Under the pieces are notes generated by a model that worked only from the letters and a program-made list of their open reading frames with translations, had not been told where the DNA came from and ran no database searches. Position numbers and translations under genes: made by a program. A DNA stretch of 64,000 nucleotides from Azolla caroliniana (lineage: Eukaryota > Plantae > Polypodiophyta). The stretch spans positions 36,865-100,864 of the forward strand of contig JBHGNT010000081.1 in NCBI GenBank assembly GCA_043228905.1, written 5' to 3'. Shown here piece by piece: positions 11,816-24,298 of the stretch (positions are counted from its first letter, which is position 1; each line of letters begins with the position of its first letter).

Positions 11816-14123
11816 TATCAGCAAAATGCAAATTGTGAAGTTCTTCTTTACTTGTCAAAAGAAGCACAACAGAGATGTACAAGCAATGGGGCTGAAGGAA
11901 GGCCCTTTTGTTTTGGATGTGGCTAAGTTTATAAATGAGGTGAATTGATTATGTAAACTCACTTGAATCAGCCATTGATGATGATTGACTTAGTGGTTGG
12001 ATTTATGAGTTTTTTCCCTCTTAATGCCCTTGTACTGGTATCTTAACAAGGTTTGATGAATATTAATTTTCAAACCTGGTTTTCATCTTCTATATCTAGG
12101 CTTGTGTAGGACGTGGCTAAGCTATAGCTAAGAGGAAATTTTCTATTTGTGTTATGTGAATATCTATATGCGACTGGGTAAACCTTGATTCAAGTCTCAC
12201 AATATGCAGATTGATGCAAATAATAGTATTTAGTTCTGTGATTCTTCGCGTAGTAGGTTTTTGTTCTGTGATTCTTCGTGTTGTCTTCGATTGCATTTAC
12301 AACAAACAGGCTAAGATCTACTATTGATACATGGTCTACTTGTTTGTATTCCATCTCTTTACCTGTGCTCACATTTTGTGCTACATCAAAGATTCATGCG
12401 TTTGTAATTTATATTTTGCATTAACAATTACTAGCATAAAGATGAAGGCAGTGCATTGCCATTTCCAAGCTTTCAGCTAAGGTTCTGTACGAATCTTTCA
12501 TCAATACCAAATTCTTTGTTGTGTTGCTTGTTGCCAAAATAAAGTATGTGTTTCTGTAACTTCCGGTAGAATACAATACCTTAATTTATTTGAGTACAAA
12601 TGTTTTATTGATCTTTGATTTTATTTTCATCTATCAACGTGCAGAATTATTTCATTGAAAAGGGTTATATGTTTTTATCAGCATAAAGAGATAGAGAGAA
12701 AGATATCTTTTAGTGTCTATGGAGGACACTGATTGTGATCTGTTGGTTAAGACCCAGCCTATATAGCAAGGATAAAAACAATTGGGTTCTCTCAATAGTA
12801 TGACCTAGTTATTATGGTGCAATAACCACCAAGTTTATGACTAGAAAGTGAGAGAGATGAATCCTTATAAAGGGAAGATGAATGGTGAGTGTGTTGCCAA
12901 AAGAAATGATATAATCATTGCTATGTTTTAGAAGAGAAGAGAAAATCTTGAAGTCTTTTCAATTTTGTGGGAATTTGACTACAATTGTTTATGGTCTAGA
13001 AGAGAAGAGGAAATCTTGAAGTGTTATGTGGGAATTGACTACAATTGTTTAGCAATGTGAGCATTGAAACAATGAGTGATAGGGGAATAAGAAATATCAT
13101 TGTGTAAAGAGTGTAAAGCAATGGATTATACAAAGTTGTAGATGAGAGGGTCAAGCAAATATGGAACAATATGGATTGGGAGTATGTCTTTGGGCCGAGA
13201 GATAATATGAACTTGGAATGTTGGCTATGATGAGTTGACTACACATGCATGCGGAACATGATTATATCAACATAAATCATTGATATAGATAAATATCAAC
13301 TTAAAGAATTGGTGAGCAATTGATTGGACAAAGGAATAGATAGCAATATAACTTAGATTGAGTGGGGGCAACAAAGCTCTAAAACAATGATTATTTTTTT
13401 ATTCCAGCTCAACCCAAAGGAAATAAACTACTGAGGAATGGAATAAGGATGATAATTGTCAAGAAAGTGAGAAAGTGGGAAGGGTTTATGATGTTCATGC
13501 ATACAGAAAATGCAAAATGCTTAAAAATCACCCTTCTTGATATTGGAGATTAATCAATTCTAACACCTAGGAAAGAGAAGTGCAGTTCATTTGATAATCT
13601 CGAGTATTCAAATTCTCATTCACTAGGCTTCGTCGACTATTTTTGCATGTTTCACCTCTCTCTAAAATATGTGAGAGGTGTGATGTGAGTGATAGTGGTG
13701 AAACATTTGTACATTGGGGAAGAGAGAATCTTATTAGCATGTTGAGGTTATCATTAAACTACAATATATTACATTACCTCTCTTTATAAGGGATAGATTT
13801 GGTCATAAATGCCAACATGTAAAATAATAACATAACATTGTAGTGTATATATAATGTAATTGACATTTAAGCAAAAATAAAAAGCTTAATAGCTCAATAA
13901 TTTGAACACTCAATTGTCAATCAAGCACTTTTGACATTGAACAAAAGCATATGTATGTAACCAAACAAACACCATCTCTTAAGAAGTTGATAAACTAATA
14001 ATATATTTTCTTTTTTCCCAATGTATTATGAATGGAAAATCACAAATGATTGCAATCTCAAGCTATAAATTTGAGGGAGGAATAGGTATACACAAGAGTG
14101 CACCTCTTGTAAGATGTAGGCAT

Positions 14124-14396
14124 ATTAAAAAGTAACCCATTTATTTGGAATATGGAGGTACTAGGTACCTCTTTTCTTGAGAGATGAACTTGTTGAAGAG
14201 ATGGTAACTAGACATTAGAATTATTGGCTAATATAATGCCATTCCTACAAAAAGTCAAATTAAAAAGTAACCCATTCCATTTGGAATATGGAGGTACTAG
14301 GTACCTCTATTCTTGAGAGATGCACTTGTTGAAGAGATGGTAACTAGAAATTAGAATTATTGGCTAATATAATGTCATTCCTACAAAAAGTCAAAT
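14124..14396. repeat. ~135-bp tandem duplication
   Basis: ATTAAAAAGTAACCCATT...CCTACAAAAAGTCAAA present twice (14124 and 14259). Confidence 0.9.
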
Positions 14397-15074
14397 AAAA
14401 ATATGGGGACTCCATATAATAACATATCTTTCAAGCCCCAATGGGGTTGGCATTGTGTCTCTTGAGTGGCACGTCGATTCTTCCTAGTCAAAATAGTTTT
14501 TTTTCACTCATTGACTTCTTTTTGTGAGCATGAGGTTTTTCTTTGACCTATAAATTGCCCAAAATGTTGATATTTGTACTGGGCCCATTTCAAATGATTT
14601 CCATGTCCAAATAACTTGGGATGGGTTTTGTCAAATGGCACGATGGAAAAGCTTTCATGCCTGTACTCGGAAGGAGATAGGGCCTATATGTGATGTAAAC
14701 AAATTATCAAGAGAGGCTTGCCATCAACTTTGCTTTTCTAGGTGGAAATTGAAAATGTCTACTAGGATAAATTTCACGCGGGAAAAAAGTCAATAAATCA
14801 TTTCCATGCATTTGAAAAAAGGGGATACAAACAAGACAACATTTTTAGATGGATGTAGATGGAAAGCACTTGAACTTTTGGCCTCAAAGGGCACGTGCAT
14901 ATGTGAATGATAAGGGTGAGAAGAGAGAAAAGGGGTGCTTTGTGAGCACACATAGGTCATGTGTGTGTGTGTGGACGAGGGATGACAAGGGTTGTAAGTC
15001 AATGGATATCTATTTACATGGGAGAGCCATTTAGATCGGGATCTACATTGAGTTCCAGTCCCAACTCTATTGAC

Positions 15075-15078
<4 letters not shown>

Positions 15079-15124
<46 letters not shown>
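15079..15124. repeat. (GA)n microsatellite
   Basis: Direct inspection. Confidence 0.95.
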
Positions 15125-15128
<4 letters not shown>

Positions 15129-15869
15129 CACTTGCTTCAATAATGGGGTTGGTTTGTATGTTAGGGGATTCTCTGATTCAATTTGCAAGTAGACATAGAG
15201 AGAAAGAGATAAAGATATATTAACGTCTTCTAAGGCCAAAAAGTGGCCCATGAGACAATTGGTGTACAACACAATGGGGTATTTATCCAATCATCAAAAA
15301 AAATAAAAATAGAACTTAAGCTAAAAGAGTTCTAGTATTGTACAAAACATGGTATGGTGTAACATATTCGATAAAGGAAATGGCTTTGTACTAAGCCTAG
15401 TTTCATTTCCATCCAAGCCCCTTGAAAATAAGTGGGAGGTCAAAGGGTTTCGGTGTGGGTGTGACCCGTGGTTCCGGTGTAGAGAGATAGCCCAACCATG
15501 GTGGCTTCTAGGCAGTGTAGCTCATGTTCCCTTATTTTCTTATTTGGTTCTACACCACGTCACGTTGCTTTGAAACCCGACATCCGAGGGTGTTTGGTTC
15601 TTCTTTGGTTTTCTGCTTCATCAAGGAAGAGATCGAGTGGTGAGGTGTGTCTACATTCGTCATCTCCCCTTGTCCCTGAAAAACTACAAAGTTGGTGAAT
15701 ATTAGAAACGTTATGGTAATATTTTGTAGCTTATTCTCTTTGAGTTGTTTTAGCTCTAGGATATATCTGCCACACACACGCACACACAAAATTATGGATC
15801 TATTTGGGAGAAATTACAAGATATACCATTGTTGCATGGATCTTTGCCATTGAAAACAAATGTTGCACC

Positions 15870-16400
15870 TTAGGTGGATTGGCGGTTACAAGTAACTACA
15901 AATATATTGTATCATCATGCAATGACATCATTGTCTTTGATATCTCCAAAAGCAGAAAAGACGTGGAATGTATGTAAGTTGAATGCAAGGTGTTGGAAAA
16001 TATTACACTATGGTTGCCATTCCCATTTGCCATTTCGTGCAAAGGTATTAATATGGAGAGTCATGATTGGTGGGCTCCCATTAGGTTCAACCTTAAAAGA
16101 GACGAGGACTAGGGTCAAGCACACTTTCTTTTTGCACCATATTGTTGGAGGACAATACACAATGACGAGATGGAGATATTGTTCGAATTTTTAAAATATT
16201 GGGGACTATAACACAATTAGAATATCTGTAATGCTTTCATCTTTGATAATAGACATGGGGGGGAAAGCCTATATGAAGAAGTTGAAAGGTATTCTTATGT
16301 AGAATTTCTTGGATGTTAGAGCAAGTGGGGATCATTTCCTCAAATGCACATTCAAGTTTTCTAGTGGCGTTACAGGACATCCCTCTCCGTACAACTAGGA
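15870..16400 (+). mobile_element. Decayed L1-type LINE 3' fragment (zf-RVT region)
   Basis: W..L...HLPFRAKVLIWRVMIGGLPLGSTLK, then frameshifted RGLGSS..FC..LLEDNT, as in L1 ORF2 zf-RVT. Confidence 0.65.
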
Positions 16401-16591
16401 TGGATAGGTAGAGGAGATTAAGAAGTGTTCGAACAAGTAGATTTTACATACAATTAATATAATTGTGTGCTTTTACCTGAGAGAGAGAGAGAGAGAGAGA
16501 GAGAGTAGCTAGGATGGATAGGTAGAGGAGATTAAGAAGTGTTCGAACAAGTGGATTTTACATACAATTAATATAATTGTGTGTTTTTACC

Positions 16592-16632
<41 letters not shown>

Positions 16633-16714
16633 CTAGGATGGATAGGTAGAGGAGATTAAGAAGTGTTGGAACAAGTGGATTTTACATACAATTAATATAA
16701 TTGTGTGCTTTTAC

Positions 16715-16767
<53 letters not shown>
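16395..16767 (+). repeat. Three tandem copies of an ~85-bp unit, each ending in a (GA)n tract
   Basis: CTAGGATGGATAGGTAGAGG...TTTTACCTG at 16395, 16509 and 16633; GA tracts of ~13, ~17 and ~25 units. Confidence 0.92.
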
Positions 16768-16769
<2 letters not shown>

Positions 16770-17114
16770 ATTTCCCTCCTCTTCCCACCACAACATACAT
16801 TTCTACACAAATCATTCACTTTTTTGTTGAATCCCCAACAAATGCACATCTCCAAGTGTAGAGTTTGTTGTTCCTTTGGGTGGACTAAGTCTAAACGGTT
16901 CCGAGCCCAAGCCGAGACAAGCCCAAACCGAGACAAGCCTAGCCTAGCCTAGCCTAGCCGAACCTAAGCCCATCTTTCCATCGCCCCTGCTTCCGCGTCT
17001 GCTCCTCCTCTGCTGCTCCCGCCTCCGCCTCCTCCTCAGCCTCAGCCTCAGCCTCAGCCTCGTCTGCTTCTCTCTCTCTCTCTCTCTCTGCTCCGCTCTG
17101 CAGATCACACCAGT

Positions 17115-20100
17115 ATGGGCACCAAGAGATCATTCCAAAAGGATGAATATGTTCGTGGACTAGTTTCCGAGTCTTCTTCTGCTGCTCCCGATCAATTAAT
17201 TGAGCAGAAGCGGCAGAAGCTCCCTGGCCTTGCAAGGTTTCAGATTCTACTTTCCTTTATTCTTTCGATCTACTAATGTAACCCGACTTGCTTTCCATGG
17301 ATGACTGGCTTTCTAACCATGGCTCAAGTGCTCAATTTCCCCATTTTGTAGTGCGGTCGTTGAAGCTGTGAAAATGGACAGTCTTCAAAAACTCTTCTCA
17401 ACCTTAGAACCGATTCTACGGAAAGTGGTGAGATGTTTTGAAATTAGCTGAGGATATAGAAAATTGTTAGGAAAATAAAAGTCTTTGACTAATTCTTGGT
17501 TTCCTAAGAGACGGCGAGGTTCTGTGAGGGGTTGAAATTCTTCCTCTAATTCACTGTGGGCTTCTTAACGAGGGAGGATGTGTCTCTTGGTCCTGTCTTT
17601 GTATCTGTTTGACGCCCTCTTAAAATATATTAAAATCAAGGTGCCTTTGTGACAATGTTTTGATTTTTACAAAAGATGTTTTTACCCTCAAGTTTTCTGC
17701 TGTAATCATCTGTAACTAACACATGTTCTTATTTAACGATTTCATCAAAACATTGGTTACTATGAAGAATGCATTGTTTGCTCGGATTTACATATGATTA
17801 TCACATGATTCTTTGGTTGTTTACATGTCATATCCTATATCCCGACTTCAAGTCCATTTCTTCTTACTCCTTTCAACTCGTACTTCCTCAATGTTATGTG
17901 TGCTTACGTGTGACATTGTCTACATTCATTCTAAACAGTAATTGTGGATAGATTTCTTCTCTAGTTTCATTTTTATGCATGCATTAACAAGTACAATTAC
18001 CAGAAAAGACAACACGTTTACATAATTCTGTCTCATTTTGCTGATTTAATAGGAATTTACTCAGAAGACAGACATATTGAGCTACTGATCATCTCGTTGT
18101 AATAATGTTTCGTAAAATATATTACATTATCTCATCACTAGGTTCGTCACTATAGGAAAATAAAAATCCATATTTGCTGAGTGTCCATTTATTGTGCAAA
18201 TGTTGCATAAGATACTACAGTGAGACATGCAAACAGTGAAGATTGATTCTAATGCATGTTGTTTATGGTACGAAGTTATGGGTTTCATTCAAAGTCTCTT
18301 TATGGTAATAAAGATATGTCAAGTTTTAAGATTTCTCTTCAAACCTTCTTCTTGACAATGGAAATGTATTTGCTGTAATTCTGGTGTTGTTAGGCTAGAG
18401 GTAGGTTCATAGTGACTACTTATAGCTCCTTATCCTTTCTCCCAAACACTTTTTTCTCTTCCACTTATTTTCACTCACTCACATGTGTAAATGATTCTAG
18501 TCTGGTAAATTTATTCCAGATTAGTGTAGTCCTATAGAGGGGAATATATTTTGTATATATAGTATGTTAGCAAATCAATTTGTTTTTCTGTCTTCATTAA
18601 AGCGTCAAGGCAGACAGACTTACTGAGGATGCAACTATGTTTGTTGTCCAAAAGCTAGGAAGATTACCTTCCAAGCAATACATGTGAGTTTGTATTGCAC
18701 GATATACACTTGCTGGAGATGTGATCCAAATTCATTATGTGGGATGAGTGCTTTATAATGATTGTTGGTCTTAGGGGTCAAGTTGCCCAACAGTCAGGTT
18801 GGCCAAGTGGTCTAAGGCGCCAGACTCAAGTTCTGGTTCTCGAAAGGGAGAGTGGATTCGAGTTCCACTCCTGACCAGTTCCTGAATCCATACTCCTGTC
18901 CTCAAGAAATATCTCCAGCAAGTGTATATCATGTATTGCACGATATACACTTGCTGGAGATGTGATCCATATTCATTATCTGGGATGAGTGCTTTATAAT
19001 GATTGTTGGTCTTATGGGTCAAGGTGCCCAACAGTCAGGTTGGCTGAGTGGTCTAAGGCGCCAGACTCAAGTTCTGATTCTCGAAAGGGAGTGTGTATTC
19101 GAGTCCCACTCCTGACCAGTTCCCTAATCCATACTCCCGTCCTCAAGAAATATCTCTAGCAAGTGTATATCGTGTATTGCAGGATATACACTTGTTGGAG
19201 ATGTGATCCAAGTTCATTATTTGGGAAGAGTGCTTTATAATGATGTTGGTCTTATGGGTCAAGTTGCCCAACGGTCAGGTTGGCCGAGTGGTCTAAAGCG
19301 CCAAACTCAAGTTTTGGTTCTCGAAAGGGAGCGTGGGTTCGAGTCCCACTTTGGACCAGTTCCCGAATCCATACTCTTGTCCTCAAGAAATATTTTTTTG
19401 ACACGTTTGTGACATCGGTTCTTCTCTATGGGGTGGAAATATGGGGCGGTAGCATCCTTAAATCTACGTGGAAAGAGTTTGAAAATGTCCAAAAACATTT
19501 TCTTACAAAGTTTCTACAAGTTAAGAAACAAATGCCTTACACCCTCCTCCTTGAGACGGGATCGCTTCCCATTGAGATCATGACCATGGAAAGAGTTGTT
19601 GAATACATGCTTAAGGTTCAAAAAAGTCCCTCATGTTGACTTCCTAGAATTGCATGGGAAGCAAGCAAAAAGATCCAAAAAACGCATAAAAGCAAAATTT
19701 TGTGTTCCGGTTGGATGGAAGATATAGAAAAATGGTTTGGTAGATGGGATGCAAGACACTTGCTTCATGATGCATCACTATATTCCTCAGTAAATGAGGC
19801 CTTTTTGCAACGCCAATGTATCATGACATGGAACAAATCTGGAGGCTCACACTTCACCGTACACATTGATATATGTTAGAGTCCATCTCGTTATCTGCCA
19901 TTCGAACCATTGCTCCATGCGACTTAGCTCACATGCATTGCGATGTGAGATGGGGCGTTGGGGCACAAGTGATGAGAGTGGCCAACTATGCAGACTTTGC
20001 CCTAAACAAGTTCGAGAGTCTGAGTATCACACTTTGATACAATGCTTTGCCTTTGATCATATTTGACCATGCTTTCCACATCTTTTCGACCGAGCCCAAT

Positions 20101-23100
20101 CCTTGCACGAATTTCTCTCACAACCACAATGTGCACTCTCGATTGCAACATTCATTGGTAAAGTTCTTGAACATCGAGAGTCGCCACTCACTTTCACACG
20201 TATCGCATGAAATGTAATATTTTTGGTCTCATAAGTCATATTTGACCTCCGAAAATGACAATATAATCTATCTATCTATCTATCTCTTTGAATGCGATGA
20301 TGAATGTGTACCCTAATGGTAAGCCAACCAATATCTATGGTTTAAACAAGGATTCACCATGAGTATATTTATTTGTTTTGTAGTTTGTAATTTTTTTCAG
20401 CTCATTGGTTCTAGCATTGTCTCATCTCATTCTTGTGCATATTCTCTCACCCTCACAGGGATCTAGTCTGTAAGTTCCCAATATTCTGGTATATTTTGGC
20501 CTGGTTTACATGTGTGGTTGGGGCTTGAATCTCCTACACTTGGGATGGGTAATACAAGGATCAGAAAACCACCTGCAATTAATTGTCACCATTGTTTCTT
20601 GCCTGCTTTCTTCCATGTTCACCGATGGATGACTGTGATTAGAGTCATGCTGAATCTTAGGATGAAAGTACGTCCTTGTTTGTGAACTTCAAATAAATAA
20701 ATATTTCAGAATTTTAAATGTTAGATTTTCTTATAATGCTCTTTTTCATTATCTGAATATAGCTATGTTCAAACTTTAATCACTGCAGGTAGGAGAGGAA
20801 GTTGAACGTGCTCTTGCGAGGCTTGCCCCCAATAAGCTTGGACCCAGGTGTTATACGGATTTGTATTCAGAATAGTCAGCTCTTGTGATATTTTGTGTGG
20901 CTGAATTTGCCTTAGTTTGCTCTCTAAACCTAAAAACTACAAAGAACCCATCTAATACGATAGGGAATGTAGCATGAGGTCACTGGCATTGCTTTTTTAA
21001 GGAAAATCCTATGGTTTTCGTTCTTTGTCCTGTGAAGTCTAAATATCATGTCAGATGTATAAAGACAGTGTTTTCACATGTGCTATGATTGTAATGATTT
21101 TTTTTTGGTTAAAAAATTCCTTTAATGTTTTTGTTTGCATTGATTTCTCCTTGATTTGGAAGCTAGCTATTTCTTGTGTGCTATTGTGCATTACTACATA
21201 TCATAAAGCCTTACTGCATGAAGCAGCTTCTTTTCTGATTTTTGTTGCGTGCTTTCTATGTTTCTGGCTTCTATGCCCATGTCATGCAATGGGAGCCTTT
21301 GTTCAATGCAAATGATTCGTCCCTTATTCTTCTGTTGGGTCAATCTTAAGGCTGGCCCTGCCTATTTGTTGTCTCATGATAATAATTTAGTAGTGTTGCC
21401 AGAGAAAGTTACTCCATATTCTGAAATTTGGTTTCTTAAACCCTATTAAAAGTCCATATCCTCTCAAAAGACTAGGCCCTTTTTGGTACACCAGCTCCCC
21501 CTGAATGAGGCTATGGACCAGTCTGTGAATACTTTCTGCAGAGTATCACTTTTGACATATACACATACAACTGTATTTTCAATTACATACAGTAAAGTTT
21601 CAACCTGGTTTCAGGATTATGCACTTGCCCTTGATGGTGTCCACTTGTTTTTTACATTCTTCAAAGAAAGAGAACCACATCCTTATATCTGAAGACAGAT
21701 TTTCTTCTATAACTTCTCTGCAGACCATATTTTTGTGTGTTGGCACAGTATGGCTACCGTATGAATTCCTGAACTTGTCCAGATCAAGCCATAACTCTCG
21801 TGTCTTGCTCCTGACATTTAGCCCTGTATCTTCTGAACCTTTTCAAGGGATTTCCTTTTAGATTTCTCCTTTTCGATTTGCACCTGTTTTGAGTACTAGT
21901 TTGTTACAGCTTCACTATAGCCAATTGTGACCGACACCTTCGCTTGTCCTGGGTTTTTTTTAATAAGTTTGTTCTTTCCATAGAGAGTGACAAAAATGTA
22001 AACTTACTGGTTCTTTTCTATTGCAGAACTTCTCCAAGGCAAACACTAGAGTCTTGTTCATCAGATGTATTACGGCTTACTTTGAGGAATAAGCTTTCCC
22101 TCCCTTTATTTACTGGTGGGAAAGTTGAAGGGGATCAAGGACTACCAATACATATTGTACTTGAAGATACAATAACCGGTGGAATTGTCACAACGGGACC
22201 GGCATCTTCTGCTAAGCTACAGGTAGTGGTCCTGGATGGCGACTTTGGCAATGATGAGGATGAATGGACAGCAGAAGATTTTGAAAATAATGTTGTGAAA
22301 GAACGCGAGGGAAAGAGACCTCTTCTTACTGGTGATTTGACTGTCACCCTGAAGGAAGGAGTTGGTACATTGGGTGAGTTGGCATTTACTGACAATTCCA
22401 GCTGGATCAGGAGCAGGAAGTTCAGGCTTGGTGTCAGAGTTATCCCTGGCTATTTGCAAGGAGTTCATATCCAAGAGTGCAGGACTGAAGCTTTCACTGT
22501 CAAAGACCATAGAGGGGAACGTAAGTCGTCACTAGTTTTCTCTGTTTTACTTTTATTCACGGACCATTCATCATTTCTTTCTATGTATTCCAGTCTACAA
22601 AAAACACTACCCACCGTCTTTAAATGATGAAGTATGGAGATTAGAGAAGATAGGCAAAGATGGAGCATTTCATAAGAGGCTTCAGCAAAACGGTATTAAG
22701 ACAGTAGAGGATTTTCTTCGAAACTATATTGTGGATCAGCAAAAACTGAGAAATGTAATGTTTTTTTTCTTTACCATTGTGAACCAGCTAAAAAATGTCA
22801 GTGGGAAATTCCAGGACTTAATTTAAGGGAAATCCTTCTTTTTATGCAGGTTTTAGGATCTGGCATGTCAAACAAGATGTGGGATGCCGCAGTGGAACAT
22901 GCAAAGACTTGTGTCCTGACTGGGAAGCTGTATGTTTTCTACGCGGACAATGTTGCTCCAAACCATATTGGAAATTCAGGTTTTTTCTCCCACAATCTAT
23001 ACATGCTTGCTATGTCTGTCCCAAAAGATATCGGGGAACATGAATGTTTCTGGTCTAAAGACAGATAAGCAACCTGCTGATCATTGCCTTGTAATTATGT

Positions 23101-24298
23101 TGTGTAGATTTCGTATATTACTGAAAAGAGAACTACATAATTTATGCAGGCAACTCGCAAAATGTTGGTGTGATATTTAACCACATTTATGAGCTAATGG
23201 GTGTGACTTCTGGTAATCAATACAAGCCTGTTGAGTCTCTCACAGAAACTGAAAAGGTAGCTTGTGAACTCCCGTATGTATTTGTATGCATTAGTATCAT
23301 ATGTGTCTCAGTTTCTCAATTAGTCGTTCTACCATTACACAGGTGGTGGTTGATAAGCTCGTAAAAGTTGCATATGGGAACTGGGAAAGTGTCTCAGAGT
23401 ATGATAGCGAATCTCTTGTTTCTGAACCTGCCTACAAGCATACAAGCATAAACAATGAGAGTGAGGGCATGGTATGTGTTGGGAGTTCAAGTGGCCATGA
23501 GGAACAACCTTTAATGTATACTAGTATGCCGCCTCTTTCAATAAATTTTCAAACCTTACCTACTACTGCAAATACAACAGGTAAAACGCTTCTCCTTAGT
23601 TTGTGAAGCAAGTCATGCATGTGCTTGACCGTAATATCTAAATTAGTGCAGTTATTACAGCCGGTGATGTTACATCTCAGCATTATGAGTATAATACCGA
23701 AGTTCATTCCAGTGATAATAGTCAAGGGTACCAAATCAGTCATGATAATCAGATGTTGACTTCACGAAATTATGCACATAATTATGTCTCGTCTTCAAAT
23801 ATGCCTTTTCAAGCATCTTTTAGTGGCAATGATATAACTTCTGTTACTGGTCTTGCCATTGGACCATATCAGCACATGGTGTCACGATCATCTGGTTTTC
23901 AACCTCCTTTAACCTCTCAGCAATCATACCAACAAAGCTGTCTGGATTTGCAACGCTTCACAATGACTCCTGACCAGTTCTTCACAGAAGATGATATTCG
24001 TGCAAAGGCGCAGGAGCTGTTGGGCAGTGATGATATACAGCAACTGTTAAGGTTACCGTATGGCTCTGGTTCTTTCCAAGAACCATTCAGAATGCAGGTA
24101 GATGATTCTTATATTCCAGCTGGTTTGGGTCAATCTCCTGCTGGGTCATATGGTGAAGATAGTGTTGCCCGTTCGTCCGGAAAGGCCTATATAGGTTGGC
24201 TAAAGCTGAAAGCAGCATTACGTTGGGGCATCTTCATTAGAAAAATTGTTCATGAGAAGGCAGTTAAAAGGGCCCAGATTGAAGAGCTTGAAGATTAA
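17115..24298 (+). CDS. CBP60: Calmodulin-binding protein 60 family transcription factor; exons 17115-17236, 17352-17427, 20789-20847, 22027-22520, 22594-22754, 22850-22979, 23150-23256, 23343-23580, 23652-24298
   Basis: [36 protein letters not shown]; [13 protein letters not shown]; [16 protein letters not shown]; [35 protein letters not shown]; C-terminal CaM-binding [17 protein letters not shown]; introns GT-AG and in phase. Confidence 0.95.
18793..18876 (+). tRNA. tRNA-Leu(CAA)-like, copy 1 (probably a pseudogene or SINE head)
   Basis: GTCAGGTTGGCCAAGTGGTCTAAGGCGCCAGACTCAAGTTCTGG...TTCGAGTTCCACTCCTGAC; long variable arm; mismatches; no oligo-T terminator. Confidence 0.7.
19034..19117 (+). 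tRNA. tRNA-Leu(CAA)-like, copy 2 (pseudogene)
   Basis: Same unit with T-stem and anticodon-stem mismatches. Confidence 0.6.
19275..19358 (+). tRNA. tRNA-Leu(CAA)-like, copy 3 (intact A and B boxes, damaged acceptor stem)
   Basis: A box TGGCCGAGTGG, B box GGTTCGAGTCC, anticodon arm CCAAA-CTCAAGT-TTTGG. Confidence 0.65.
19385..20286 (+). mobile_element. 5'-truncated RTE/RTEX-type LINE with (CTAT)n tail
   Basis: [17 protein letters not shown]...FENVQKHFL...LLETG (RT thumb) and [14 protein letters not shown]...LCRLC...[10 protein letters not shown] (CCHC, RTEX-like); ATCT repeat tail at 20266-20285. Confidence 0.8.

Larger units (their letters stand above)
18691..19393 (+). repeat. Tandem array of three 241-bp units, each holding a tRNA-Leu(CAA)-like sequence between inverted repeats
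   Basis: Units start at 18691, 18932 and 19173; GATATACACTTGCTGGAGAT at the unit start is the reverse complement of ATCTCCAGCAAGTGTATATC at the unit end. Confidence 0.93.

Noticed and set aside
12650-13900. Possible decayed retroelement
   Set aside because: Composition is suggestive, but no motif or boundary could be supported.
18793-19358. Functional tRNA gene cluster
   Set aside because: Each copy has stem mismatches, all share an acceptor-stem defect, and none has an adjacent oligo-T terminator.
18691-19393. Hammerhead ribozyme or retrozyme
   Set aside because: No CTGANGA...GAAA core with suitable stems was found by eye.
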